Under the pieces are notes generated by a model. It was not told the origin of the DNA and made no database searches. It was given only the letters and a program-made list of their open reading frames with translations. From a virus (lineage: Duplodnaviria > Caudoviricetes): a stretch of DNA of 62,841 nucleotides. Below are positions 43,801 through 51,630 of the stretch, piece after piece. Where the stretch lies: the IMG/VR virus record IMGVR_UViG_3300046167_000691, positions 1 to 62,841 of that record; one strand, given 5' to 3'. The translations under genes and the position numbers were made by a program. Within the stretch, counting starts at the first letter, position 1. Each line of letters starts with the position of its first letter.

Positions 43801-44359
43801 AGATCGTATTGTGCAAAAAATGGAAAATTTATCGAATGCTTTTGATGCACAAAATGAGTTATGGCAACGTGCTGCAATGCTTATGGGAACTCCTAAATAT
43901 CAATTACAAACTAAAGAGCAAAACGACAGAGACAGACAGAACAAACTAGATACTTTTTACTTGAATAATACTTCTAAAGGGCAAAGGGATATTGATGCTA
44001 TTGAAAGCTTAAATATTAAAGAACAAAAAGATTTTATGAAAGCTTTAGGGGGAACTAAAGAATGGATTAAAACACTAGACACCCAATCTGAGCGCACAAG
44101 TACTTTGTTATATTTAGCAAAAGAAGCGGGTATTGATATTGAAAAGCAATATGAAAAATACGAATATAAAGAAATAGAAAGAAGCGAAGAATACAAAGAA
44201 ATACAAGAATGGGGCAGAGACAAGCAAATAGATTGGATAAAAGCCAATGGTATTAATCCAGATGCAATGAAATTTGTTAGAAAAAGTGAAGCTGATAGAA
44301 TATATATAATACAAGAATTAATGAAAAATAATAAAAACAAACAAAACTCTTTAAAATAA
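34874..44359 (+). CDS. Giant (3161 aa) internal virion polyvalent protein with zincin HEMGH, sigma-2-like and EHxxP nuclease-like segments
   Basis: Uninterrupted ORF at the end of the ejection cluster; motifs read by eye. Confidence 0.75.
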   Translation: MYTYIIDDKKVTFKNWDEVSSALDEAEKNGLTAEYVDYEEGLDGPKTEEQTKAAEEKSIIPKAPFLPDAAESADVVSKTQAQDTDSRSEDSSSGSRYIRFKSGTIIYEDDYVQNYADTENYPKSFDDYALKFGGKVQKVEESVVEGGELDPVYISAGPQSYVAELEGLNEFGEITDGQVTIDYDSLAKENGFESAAEAYAETEPKREMLNVFEPNNVITDRKGNVTTRFKYVEYEDDTPEKKKYLREQKEATDYAVKLALNNTEFSTNDITDVNTFNKEVFNPEYLSEQAKYLEKALPQLNLYQAELAASNYNNAKLQLLKNKELDESEEAINILQEDKKYTAVMNLYESEALNNLPKAGKELGVAKNKLEEAKTNLKTIDPNARAIDYTTQVRKINDYKEQLQKAIEAYSNQTPFDYDSEGNFKLKDPEVPIITDLDYNILTPQEVEIAKSNGQTLLIENERYKYNLDRASQWNDRETIKNNFLLTSIDNNKYTAKGKEIYYIKTTSPLSDPQLAGFADTLEEDSPTNLEYLGYTKSGERFSKRRKKDGEYRAYTLREISNAINEGDWSIDRIKFKDGKPEGFNTDRDFSRFSMNYADTKMMLPIVTDMYVLGLDPGTQGEDTAINMAGAFTDELLENSWGLFGDGLETIREKKDAQRFTLGKIGLPETESMKKSFERGFMMRLSESAGAFVPVLGEFSVATALTGGVGNVLGTGRFIKTAFSGGKNLGKAAQGAWKSSYWGKNPRAAKFAAHMLKFGEEEIKFSMVARGENTLGSGGAFYLGGLLTQRLVPFRFNTKYDWANPANKFLEKIVLTGVGGASSSELSHLSEAFYKEFTGDKSLKTSMDEFWGDNSETMTRWSINLMQFSFLGGTKMKTWDWVAESTVQKLNNKFVRQRNKALSEGKDVEKLNQKIYETDKILELGKTEVQKSDVMALQEEINKIEKDVNSGKLSYSERQDAMNRRIANEKQIEKLQTEFKNKQPYFKKEFGVNLVFGEVPGSRGELSPDGKTLTIDKNKLSEGVLQHEMGHWAMIMSGRKNGLVDKMYESIYSRVEDAIKATQLRGDLQLAETNDAQGNPRKTSTLQQVLEAKYGKNNKVLKEEFIMFSIEFMKNNKSFSNALLNRGVIQSVYKDLAVFANNKGINFGKKPINLNNGSKDNRADAVIDLLYKMANAKGQGYKENVKALGGVAVDKNGVYSTASGEKLLDQKQLKSREIQEEQSPEYRKLKAKRDANNQKIIDFYEENKTTQSRETLAEDLNFQFLDHVKFHARKALTLANQGKFPTESEIYEAATAYIYGLPTMGQPGGKTLAEKAIMPFFRGQDIIAAIKRDNLSVEQTIGLLKQGSIPTGAKTYEDAAKDLHDMATGKKPEASIITYVNNAIKVQLLPDVIKNKIQEDQYVTTADTQQLEYFAEQMSEYGEGEVFSEKDVKDFKEAATVDKKDEGYDGSGAAKRRTRDSAMNILNIKPETRKKVKDIVVDKIENEPIEGLDAFSVGTMNFGKGKVFDIEVPTEPNRANAFGPDGVKIEFKGIRKPADIFEKIIKIIKKDLTNDIIDQTKTPEQVTEAKAEMERILNLKFKRDVGYEKEPTRLFRVGLERKAEADLYQDIRAEMGEVGSEANLRWLAKARALMDNYIDLSQITKRFDLDVLYEKVYKLDAQGEPVLNAKGQKVQARSGERASGNLLFKKRAISAKEYFDYFKDNVVRQESLAKALAREFAFDQIVDVLKSDTIKKIALKEGQEITTIDMEKGSEIFREDMFKHIRRGSNIEKLYSKEIQASAEKRQISEKDFKKGLRDSIFQLNNAGWESLDYVQKSFINDVIRAEMVGEVANLRATLKKDAQDRLIKDKDKVDNHFENLNKEEFEKRQKGVMYGIKTLFGEIFNETLNKVAKSRGGNISTGEFLNSRILGANDIKVGLNLGLKNLYEIEGREGKNYGIKNADELYKSSSKSDAAEYFEPGTLENLKTNTELNNLLNDANTKIKEADKLAKTWYEKSGMKYEVSKVTLDQNSEVARTELFRESDKLRIEQPKLSTSKHANILFKRMTAKIGKEGVNALIAESNALQATQRAVLYTMGLLGENVKGKKGNDAIKTMLYMMSENNLQGSRKMAPEIWYDFNTIYEASSRNKQGKITKKTINKIDKPIGNEHLLPRAAYWRKVFQAYNSKKLTDNSVLDALVGGYESMISKKEFQNLSDALTIPNTWTGKTLIKDAPVPFLGKLLIATTPGKSLNKAAWKRVLGDNGGINMKDLNRLNNIRKLDGTTALQQWGKDLIANFESSLVKQSIDAAYSNKLLAKNLRLPEGANGKQMVGALRPSFKSKEIQEQGESYKEYKERKQTPKGKLLEKELATMIERKGGAPAEATVSDSKAFMEGKKRWDDLFIPSNSMDFRDFLYKGYGKGKQGDADMAFMEEHVLRPLTRAENALSVYRMKLAEDYAALETQIKAMGETKPEKEAAKRVEKLGYNIDQAVRVYIWQSLAMDIPGISLAEKSQLTGAVMSSPKLRAYAKGIMDITKTKEKYPEPSANWFRSNVQYDLFTHATDGVRADFLYEWQENVDAMFTKENLNKLESRFGSKYRYNLEQMLTRIAKGKSRPESTNDSFNTTLNYINGSVATIMFLNMRSAALQTISAANYVNWTDNNPIEIAKVISKNPKLFIQTAKKIWSSDALRDRRTGLKINVQEAEMAKAMKQGGRTAAQEIWDQMIKIGFKPTQMADSFAIVMGGTPFYMNRMKTYEKEGLSKNEAADKAWEDFLDKTQEGQQSSQMDRISNIQTGLMGRLVFSFNNTPFQMSRLQKKAFLDLKNNRGDKKTNVSRMAYYGLVQSSLFYGLQQAFYSTVMTDDEELSEKEKAEKYTMYEKRLDKLGRSVWQGILTGSGLPGKLSVMGYNTALEAATQYKKGYQGSDFFPILSQILSVSPTLGSKVNRLGRNWKSLIMAEKTKKGIEFGNTFNTLDPRNPNNKAYISMVGTITNIPLDRIVQKMENLSNAFDAQNELWQRAAMLMGTPKYQLQTKEQNDRDRQNKLDTFYLNNTSKGQRDIDAIESLNIKEQKDFMKALGGTKEWIKTLDTQSERTSTLLYLAKEAGIDIEKQYEKYEYKEIERSEEYKEIQEWGRDKQIDWIKANGINPDAMKFVRKSEADRIYIIQELMKNNKNKQNSLK

Positions 44360-44366
44360 AATCCTT

Positions 44367-44645
44367 ATGAACTTAAGTGAAAAAACACAAGTAACCTTAG
44401 ATTTAAAAACAATAGGGATAGTTATCGGAGGAGCTATTTCTTTAGCGACATTATATTTTACATTACAAAAAGATATAGAGCTTGCTAAGGAGTTGCCGAA
44501 GCCTACTATTACAAGGACCGAATATGATCTTAAAGATCAATTAGTTCGAGAAACAATTATGAACACACAAGACAAGGTTCAAGAAAATAGTGATAAATTA
44601 GATAAAATAGACGAAAAGCTGTATGAAATAATAGAAAAAAAATAG
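44367..44645 (+). CDS. Single-TM coiled-coil protein (lysis/spanin-like?)
   Basis: TM IGIVIGGAISLATLYF followed by coiled coil. Confidence 0.55.
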   Translation: MNLSEKTQVTLDLKTIGIVIGGAISLATLYFTLQKDIELAKELPKPTITRTEYDLKDQLVRETIMNTQDKVQENSDKLDKIDEKLYEIIEKK

Positions 44646-44647
44646 CC

Positions 44648-44977
44648 ATGAAAAAAATTATAATTTTAATAACTTTACTAACCTGTTTTAACTCCTATAG
44701 CCAAGATTTTACTTTACTTGAAATAAATGCAAAGTGGAATAAACATAATAACCTGCCAGTTACTAAAATTGCAAATATTAAAATACAATTTGCATGGCTA
44801 GAAGATCAACCTTCTTCTATTCAAAGAAACGTAATTTCTGTACCAACTTTAATATTAATGAATGGTGGAAAAAGCGTTGCGCAATGGAGAGCAGGTATAG
44901 ATCTTCAGTTAATAGTTACAGAAGAAGAAGTAAAAAAAGCAATAGAAACATTTAACAAAAGAAAAAAACAATCATGA
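44648..44977 (+). CDS. Secreted thioredoxin-fold protein lacking CxxC
   Basis: Signal peptide; NAKWNKHN at the WCxxC position; SVPTLIL. Confidence 0.55.
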   Translation: MKKIIILITLLTCFNSYSQDFTLLEINAKWNKHNNLPVTKIANIKIQFAWLEDQPSSIQRNVISVPTLILMNGGKSVAQWRAGIDLQLIVTEEEVKKAIETFNKRKKQS

Positions 44978-45125
44978 CTGACGAAAAGAAAAAATCAAAA
45001 TTCAAGCAAATGCTTATATGGCTAATGGGTAAATGGAACTCATTGCTTTATTTATTAATGTTTAAAAATTACGATTAAAATAGAATTAAACAAAACAGGC
45101 TACCACACCTTAAAAATTCTATAAT

Positions 45126-45160
45126 AAAAAAGCCGCTACAATTAAGTAACGGCTTTTTTT
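45126..45160. terminator. Bidirectional intrinsic terminator between the converging arms
   Basis: AAAAAAGCCG...CGGCTTTTTTT. Confidence 0.85.
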
Positions 45161-45163
45161 ATT

Positions 45164-47026
45164 TTAAGTAATCTCACATGCCCCTCCTGCACAAGCAAGT
45201 TCTCCAGATAAGTCGGTTTCATCGTCCTCTTCTTCAATTCTAGAAATATCAACTAATTTTAACGTTTCCATCATTTCATAATACTTCTCTCTTGTAATAT
45301 CTTCAAAAGGAGCCTGAACATAAGTGCCTCCGTTATAAGGTAACACAGATAGACCATTGTAAAATTCTTTGTTATCCCACATCCAATCACCAATCAATTC
45401 CCATTCATCTTCTTTAATAGATACAGTAGCCGATATATTATGTGTATTTCTACCGTCTCTATGGCCCGGTTTAACCCACATCTCAGATACAAATTTTACA
45501 CGCTCAAGAAGTTCAATCGGATGTTCTGTTCTAAGCATAGATCCTTTCGGCGCTCTTTGAGGTATTGATATCACAGCAGTGTCATGAGGTCTAAAGTATT
45601 CATCTTCAATTAGTTCAGGGTGGTTTTCAGCAAGGAACTTGTACATTGACTCGTTCTTACCTACACGTATTCTTCTTACATAATAATCATTATGCCAAGC
45701 GTGAATACCAGATGACGTTCCTAGCGTCAATGATGTAGTCCCTGCTGGTTTAACCGTTGTTGATCTAGCTGATGGGTTAATGCCAATTAATTTTGCAACA
45801 CGTTTATTTTCTGCTTTAACAAGCAGTGCTGCTTTATCCATGTCTAATTTTAAGACTTTGCCAGATCCAATTCCTGTGATTGAGACGCCAATTAAAGCAT
45901 CTTTTTCTGTTGTGGTTCTCCATATATCTCTAAGATAATGAAAGCTTGTGTATGACGCTTGTAGCGTTCCTATAAAGGCTGCATGAGTTACACGTCTATC
46001 AAATGCTTCTTGCGTATCTAAGTCTGATCCATTTACTTCACATAAATTACAAAATTGATAAGGTCGAAGTGCAATTTCGCAACAAGGGTTAGTACCCCAA
46101 TCTTTATCATTAGTTAAGTAAAATCCAGGTTCACCAGAACCAGATAACTCAATACGTTTCCATAGATCCGTAAAATAACCTTTGGTTAACTTATCTCTCA
46201 TTAGTACAGCTGAATTATTAGCTCTACCACGTTGTGGATTTTTTTCCCACCAATCTCCTGACTTACAGCCAATCATTTCAACATCATCAGATGAGAATAA
46301 AGAAATTAAAGCTGCTCGTCTTATTCCTCCGGCTAAAACTGAATCAGCAATGTGACATATAATATCATGAGCTTGCACTGTACTTAGATAATCTCCGTCT
46401 TTTAATGAATCTAATATACCTGTTATCTTTACTATAGCTTCTTTAAGAGGCTGAGGCCCCGGTGCTTTGCCCCCAGATGTTACTAATCTTGCTCCTTTAG
46501 CGCGTATATCTGAATAATCAAAATCAATTCTTGAAGATCTTTTGTTGCCTAAGTACGACTTCATCAATACTTTAATTGCATCAGCCCAACCTTCTATAGA
46601 ATCCATTACTAAGAATCTACGAGTACGTTTTTCAAATGGTACAGTTACAGATGGTAGCTTAGCTACATGATGTTTCTGGACTGAATAACCTACTCCAGTT
46701 CCGCCTAATAACAAAAACATTGTTTCACTAAAAGCAGCTACAGACTCTACAGGTAAGTAAGCGCAGTTATATATCCTATTAGGAGATATTTCGATAGGCT
46801 TACCACCAAATTGTAGGCTACGCATGCTTGGTAATATATTTTTGCTATACACATCTTCATAAGCTGCTCTTATTTCTTTTTCTAAGTTTGGAAATTTCTT
46901 TATATGCATAGATTCATTTCTAAACACAAGCTGATCCCAAGTTTCTCTACGCTTTGTTTCTGGTATATATTTTGCATATTTCATAAATACCGTTATGTCA
47001 CTTAATATTCTGTTTGATTTGTTCAT
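45164..47026 (-). CDS. nrdJ: Class II (B12-dependent) ribonucleotide reductase
   Basis: TNPCCEI, CNLCEV, TTVKPAGT, C-terminal ACAGGACEI; no beta subunit in the genome. Confidence 0.9.
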   Translation of the reverse strand: MNKSNRILSDITVFMKYAKYIPETKRRETWDQLVFRNESMHIKKFPNLEKEIRAAYEDVYSKNILPSMRSLQFGGKPIEISPNRIYNCAYLPVESVAAFSETMFLLLGGTGVGYSVQKHHVAKLPSVTVPFEKRTRRFLVMDSIEGWADAIKVLMKSYLGNKRSSRIDFDYSDIRAKGARLVTSGGKAPGPQPLKEAIVKITGILDSLKDGDYLSTVQAHDIICHIADSVLAGGIRRAALISLFSSDDVEMIGCKSGDWWEKNPQRGRANNSAVLMRDKLTKGYFTDLWKRIELSGSGEPGFYLTNDKDWGTNPCCEIALRPYQFCNLCEVNGSDLDTQEAFDRRVTHAAFIGTLQASYTSFHYLRDIWRTTTEKDALIGVSITGIGSGKVLKLDMDKAALLVKAENKRVAKLIGINPSARSTTVKPAGTTSLTLGTSSGIHAWHNDYYVRRIRVGKNESMYKFLAENHPELIEDEYFRPHDTAVISIPQRAPKGSMLRTEHPIELLERVKFVSEMWVKPGHRDGRNTHNISATVSIKEDEWELIGDWMWDNKEFYNGLSVLPYNGGTYVQAPFEDITREKYYEMMETLKLVDISRIEEEDDETDLSGELACAGGACEIT

Positions 47027-47176
47027 TTATAATACTCTAATTTTAAATTCATCTTGTTTTTTAACTAATTCTTTCCACGATATCTTACCTTTATTGTTCC
47101 AGGACCATTTAACCCATTTGGCTATCTGTCTTTCTGCATAAGCTTTACGTGCTAATTGTTTTTTATTTCCTACCAT
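47027..47176 (-). CDS. Small basic protein, 49 aa
   Basis: MVGNKKQLARKAYAERQIAKWVKWSW..., translated by eye. Confidence 0.6.
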   Translation of the reverse strand: MVGNKKQLARKAYAERQIAKWVKWSWNNKGKISWKELVKKQDEFKIRVL

Positions 47177-47615
47177 CTAATATAAGTTTAATCATTAATG
47201 CTACATCTTTTTGGTTTTGAGGTTTGTAAAGTGTTCGTGTCTCGCCGTTGCTTACACACCAGCGTTTGAACAATTTCCACCTAAGCGGAAACTGCTCGTT
47301 AGCTCTTCCTTTGCATTCTATTATATAATCCTTACCAGTAAAGTCAGGAGTATATTTAATGCCTAGTATTTTCTTCTGTCCTCTATCTTTCATATCGCCC
47401 TTGCCATTTGATTGTTTCTCAAAAGATATATTAGGGAAACGAAAACCCTCTAAAGTTTGAAAGATTTCTTCTTCATACTTTTCAAATAACCCAGATTCTT
47501 TAAGGGCTAAATACGTATGCTTTTCAAGACCAGATCGAAAACTGATCCCATCGGCGCTAGCTTTCTTAGCGCGAACTGGACCTTTCTTTTTGCTTCCACG
47601 TTTAAAGCGTTTCAT
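47163..47615 (-). CDS. T7 endonuclease I-like Holliday junction resolvase
   Basis: FRSGLE, YTPDF...IIECKG (PD-(D/E)xK). Confidence 0.85.
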   Translation of the reverse strand: MKRFKRGSKKKGPVRAKKASADGISFRSGLEKHTYLALKESGLFEKYEEEIFQTLEGFRFPNISFEKQSNGKGDMKDRGQKKILGIKYTPDFTGKDYIIECKGRANEQFPLRWKLFKRWCVSNGETRTLYKPQNQKDVALMIKLILDGRK

Positions 47616-48456
47616 TCTTTACAAATGATCCGTTAATCATAGAGCCTTTACGTTTGCTAATAACATCATAAGCACTAGCAATACAATCTTCTATATCGTG
47701 TCCTGCTAAATAAGCTAGGTTTGTTAGTACAACAACCATATCACCTATTGCATCGACAATCTCAGGCTCATCTGCTTTAATGATTGCTCTTGCAAGCTCA
47801 CCAGCTTCTTCTTGTAGTTTTATAAATTGTGTTTTGATATCTCCTTCTTCATACAAACCACGCTCTGAAGCCCATTCGCGTATTGCGGGGAATATACATT
47901 TACCACAACTAGTAGAAACGTATTCATAATTAACTTCCATTTCCATAGCTTCTGCTATAGTTGGTGGCATGTCTGATTTAATAGCTTTTGTCATTGCTTT
48001 ATTGTACACATAACATCTATCGTTATTATACATTGACGTCCTAGCGTTTTTCTTGCACCAACCGATTAAATTGTCGTTTACAACAAACTTTTGACCATTT
48101 TTTAATTCAATAGCTCTTCCTCTATTGTCTATAAGATATGCTTCTAACTCTCTTGCATAACAAGGGAATGTTGTTGTCATTTCAGTAACATTGATTTTAA
48201 ATTTGTTCATAGTCTTTGGTTTTTGTTTATTCATTAACTCTTTATAGCTTTGTCTGTCTACAGAATAACCGTAAAATTTTTGGTATTCTATTTCCTTAAC
48301 AGAAGCTGACTCTAGATCTCTAGATACAAAAAGCAATTCAACTTCTTCTGGTTCATAACCTTGTTGTTCAAAGACTCTGTCTCCTAAATCTTTTGTCATA
48401 CCTACTTTTACTTTAGGTATATGATAAACGTAATACATTGGTTTTGTTTTACTCAT
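47602..48456 (-). CDS. GIY-YIG-like N-terminus fused to a MazG-like NTP pyrophosphohydrolase
   Basis: YYVYHI...KVGMT..L..R; KLQEEAGELA...DAIGDMVVVL. Confidence 0.7.
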   Translation of the reverse strand: MSKTKPMYYVYHIPKVKVGMTKDLGDRVFEQQGYEPEEVELLFVSRDLESASVKEIEYQKFYGYSVDRQSYKELMNKQKPKTMNKFKINVTEMTTTFPCYARELEAYLIDNRGRAIELKNGQKFVVNDNLIGWCKKNARTSMYNNDRCYVYNKAMTKAIKSDMPPTIAEAMEMEVNYEYVSTSCGKCIFPAIREWASERGLYEEGDIKTQFIKLQEEAGELARAIIKADEPEIVDAIGDMVVVLTNLAYLAGHDIEDCIASAYDVISKRKGSMINGSFVKNETL

Positions 48457-48467
48457 AGGGTTTTGTT

Positions 48468-49295
48468 TTATTTACCTACACTCAACGGAGCTGATATGGC
48501 AGGTAAAGGGTTATAATTTTTTATTCTTATTTCATTTAATTCAGGTATATGTAATATAAATTTTGAATCTATAAATATACCATAGTCTAATTCTAATTCT
48601 GCGCATTTAGGATTGTTATGTCTGTATAAAAATTCATTAGCTTGATCTATATGATTATTATATAGATGACAATCTCCTAACTGTCCTATTAGTCTACCTG
48701 GCTTTAGCCCTGCTCCTTTGGCCAACATTTCTAATAATATTCCATACATTGCAATATCATAAGGCAATCCTAAAAATACATCTGCAGATCTTTGTTGCCA
48801 CATTAAATCTAGCTTACCATCATTAATGTATACTTGAAATGCATAATGGCATGGGGGCAAAGCCATTTCTGGCATGTCAATCGGATTCCATGCGCTAACT
48901 AATAATCTTCTTGACTTAGGGTTATAGTCTATATCATGCACTAACTTATAAAACTGATCAAGTCCTCCAAAATCTCGCCATTGTTTTCCATATACGGGAC
49001 CTAATGTTTCATCTGTTCTGCTAGATCTTTCATAGTCTGGTCTCCAGTACTTAACTCCATTATCTTCAAGATATTTTAAGTCTGTCCTACCGTTAAGAAT
49101 CCATAATAATTCAGTTCTTGCTGCGTTGAAGCTAATACGCTTTGCATTAATGATAGGGAACCCAAGAGACATGTCGTGTTCAATAGTCCTTCCGAAGACT
49201 GATCTAGTTCCAGTTCCTGTACGATCTGCTTTAGCTTTTCCTCCATGCAATATAGCTGATAGTAACGCTCTGTATTCATCTTGTATATTAGTCAT
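48468..49295 (-). CDS. thyA: Thymidylate synthase
   Basis: DRTGTGT, LGPVYGKQWR, MALPPCH, QRSADVFLGLPYDIA, HLYNNH. Confidence 0.97.
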   Translation of the reverse strand: MTNIQDEYRALLSAILHGGKAKADRTGTGTRSVFGRTIEHDMSLGFPIINAKRISFNAARTELLWILNGRTDLKYLEDNGVKYWRPDYERSSRTDETLGPVYGKQWRDFGGLDQFYKLVHDIDYNPKSRRLLVSAWNPIDMPEMALPPCHYAFQVYINDGKLDLMWQQRSADVFLGLPYDIAMYGILLEMLAKGAGLKPGRLIGQLGDCHLYNNHIDQANEFLYRHNNPKCAELELDYGIFIDSKFILHIPELNEIRIKNYNPLPAISAPLSVGK

Positions 49296-49500
49296 TTGTC
49301 AATACTGATTTAATTTTTTCAACGTAATTAGCTGCATCTAATAGCTCCTCTTGCAAATGTTGTAACCAAGTTAATAAACTTGAGTTATCGCCATCTAATG
49401 TGACATTATACTTCTTAAAGCCAACATCTGATCTGCTAACTAATTGGTTAACTACCTTCTCAATTATTGGATCTCTAAATTCTATTTCTTTTTTTGTCAT
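49288..49500 (-). CDS. Small all-alpha NTP-PPase-like protein
   Basis: RSDVGFKKY...WLQHLQEELLDAANY. Confidence 0.6.
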   Translation of the reverse strand: MTKKEIEFRDPIIEKVVNQLVSRSDVGFKKYNVTLDGDNSSLLTWLQHLQEELLDAANYVEKIKSVLTND

Positions 49501-49751
49501 TTGTTATATTTTTTATAGTAATAGTTATAAAATTCATACATCTTCTGCCATATCTTATTTCTAGAATATTCTTCTGGCGATTGGTTTATGTTCTTGTTAA
49601 TCTCGATTATTAGCCACCACTTTGTAGGCGTTCCTCTAATAGTAGGCTTAGGATAAATTCTTATACCGTTCTTATTACACCACATACGTGCAGCCTCATC
49701 GTATTCATCTGAGTTATAATAACCCATCATTGATGCTTTTTTTCTAGGCAT
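49497..49751 (-). CDS. Hypothetical protein
   Basis: ORF track. Confidence 0.7.
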   Translation of the reverse strand: MPRKKASMMGYYNSDEYDEAARMWCNKNGIRIYPKPTIRGTPTKWWLIIEINKNINQSPEEYSRNKIWQKMYEFYNYYYKKYNK

Positions 49752-51461
49752 CTATTCCCAAGGCATATTCTGATCCTCAGCTGGTGTATGAGGAATATAA
49801 CACCCACTGTTTCTTTCCCAAGTAAAATGACACTCAGCTCCATTGGTTCCTAAGTTTTGAAACTTACATTTAAGTACTTTAACTTTAACTGTATTTGCTT
49901 CATAGTTTCTGTGAACTAATAAACCATGATAGCTTGCATCATACCACTCACCTCCGCCTTTAATAGAATACATAGTAGGTTCTTCTATATCACCAGTTTT
50001 TTGATTCTTATACATCTTAGTTGGGTGAGCAACAACAAATACTAGCACATCGTACTTCTTAGCAAAGACTTCTATCTTCGTTAAGTAATCCATAGTATAT
50101 CTATTAACGTCATCAGATTCAGCGTTAATATCTCTTACTTTGTTAAACGGATCAATAACTAGGCATTTAATACCTTTTCTTTTCACCAGCTCGGCTCCTT
50201 TCTTCAAGACAGCTTCAAGTGAATAGCGCTCCATATCAATATGATAGTAATTGTCATTACAGTGATCTGCAATTTGATTCCATTTGTTTCCTCCAATATC
50301 TTCTTTAGCCGGCATGCCTTGCCAGTGCTTACGCATTAATTTATGTGCGTGGAGAAACGTTGGTACATTTTCAGGCGAAGCATAAGCCGTTTTCCAACCA
50401 TACTTCTGGTTATAGCCGACAACCATTTGATCGACAAAATCAGATTTACCGGAACTAGGTATACCAGTGACAGTAATGAACTGACCAGTGTAAGTCGAAA
50501 AAATATCGTCAAAGTTATCAAGGCCGATCTGATATCCCGGAGTGAAACCATTGCGAACAAAGTCCGTAACCTCATCTTCAATATCCCGGAACGTTGTAAC
50601 GTTCTCCATTGGTACAGGTTTTGCGCCTGTAATACGCTTTGATAATTCTTCTTTTCCATATTTTTGTAAATATTCGTTTGCATCTTTACAATCGTCAAAT
50701 GTTGTTATATAACATACTTCAGATCCTAAACGCCTAATCATTTCATTTTGTAATGCTAAACCAGCATCGTCGGTATCTACTGCTAAGATTATCTTTTCTT
50801 TATCATCAAAGTAATCAATACAGTTGTCTAAATAATCTAAGTTGTTTTGGCCTAGTGTTGCGCCGTTAGGCACAGAGATTACGTTAGTTACACCTGCTTC
50901 ATGCAGTGCTAAAGCATCCATTTCACCTTCAACGATTACACAATAGCTATATCCAACTATCGAATCAATGTTATAAAATACTTTCTCCGCCCCTTTAACT
51001 AACTTAAAGTTCTTACGACCATCTCTATATTTAATGTTCGTTAGTTTGCCGCCCATGAAGTAATTGAAATGTATAGCATTTTCTTCCTTCTGAGTCTGCG
51101 GCATCCATTCCTTGCCCTCTGTAACTTTCATATCTACAAGCGTAGACTTTGATATCCCTCTACCTTTAAACCATTCTACAACAGCATCTGATACTGTGTA
51201 TTGTGAATCTTCCTTAAAAGGCTTAGGCATTTCATATACTTTTTCAGCCTTACCTTTCCTTTTATATGTATGTAATTGAAATGGCGTATTACAGTTATGA
51301 CACGTACCAATACCTCTGTCCCAATCATAAGAAGCACACTTTGCTTTTTGATTCTTAGGTTTGCGGTCATGAGAACACAAAGGACATATACCCTGAGTCT
51401 TCTCGTCTAGCTTGTGTTGATTGTATACGTCAATCTGAAAGCCGTTTATTTCGGTGATCAT
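49752..51461 (-). CDS. T7 gp4/Twinkle-like primase-helicase
   Basis: Zn finger CPLC...CHNC, TOPRIM EGEMD/DTDDAG, Walker A GIPSSGKS, VIDP, VAHP. Confidence 0.93.
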   Translation of the reverse strand: MITEINGFQIDVYNQHKLDEKTQGICPLCSHDRKPKNQKAKCASYDWDRGIGTCHNCNTPFQLHTYKRKGKAEKVYEMPKPFKEDSQYTVSDAVVEWFKGRGISKSTLVDMKVTEGKEWMPQTQKEENAIHFNYFMGGKLTNIKYRDGRKNFKLVKGAEKVFYNIDSIVGYSYCVIVEGEMDALALHEAGVTNVISVPNGATLGQNNLDYLDNCIDYFDDKEKIILAVDTDDAGLALQNEMIRRLGSEVCYITTFDDCKDANEYLQKYGKEELSKRITGAKPVPMENVTTFRDIEDEVTDFVRNGFTPGYQIGLDNFDDIFSTYTGQFITVTGIPSSGKSDFVDQMVVGYNQKYGWKTAYASPENVPTFLHAHKLMRKHWQGMPAKEDIGGNKWNQIADHCNDNYYHIDMERYSLEAVLKKGAELVKRKGIKCLVIDPFNKVRDINAESDDVNRYTMDYLTKIEVFAKKYDVLVFVVAHPTKMYKNQKTGDIEEPTMYSIKGGGEWYDASYHGLLVHRNYEANTVKVKVLKCKFQNLGTNGAECHFTWERNSGCYIPHTPAEDQNMPWE

Positions 51462-51483
51462 ATATTATTTAATTATTTGAGTT

Positions 51484-51518
51484 AAAAAAAGGAGAGTACA
51501 CATTTCTATATACTCTCC
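51484..51518 (-). terminator. Intrinsic terminator
   Basis: GGAGAGTA...TACTCTCC followed by T7 on the - strand. Confidence 0.7.
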
Positions 51519-51534
51519 GATAAATTTAATTAGA

Positions 51535-51630
51535 TTAGTTATAATCTTCTAGACACTCTGAACAAATGCCACAGTAATTGTGATCACAATTAGTCATCAC
51601 TTCGTTGCACATTTCACAGGTGTTAGTCAT
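51535..51630 (-). CDS. Cys-rich micro-protein, 31 aa (Zn finger)
   Basis: MTNTCEMCNEVMTNCDHNYCGICSECLEDYN; overlaps the ssb stop. Confidence 0.6.
   Translation of the reverse strand: MTNTCEMCNEVMTNCDHNYCGICSECLEDYN

Noticed and set aside
34874-44359. Virion RNA polymerase as in crAss-like or N4 phages
   Set aside because: No DxDGD/DFDID or single-subunit RNAP motif recognised; DYDSE at aa ~417 does not fit.
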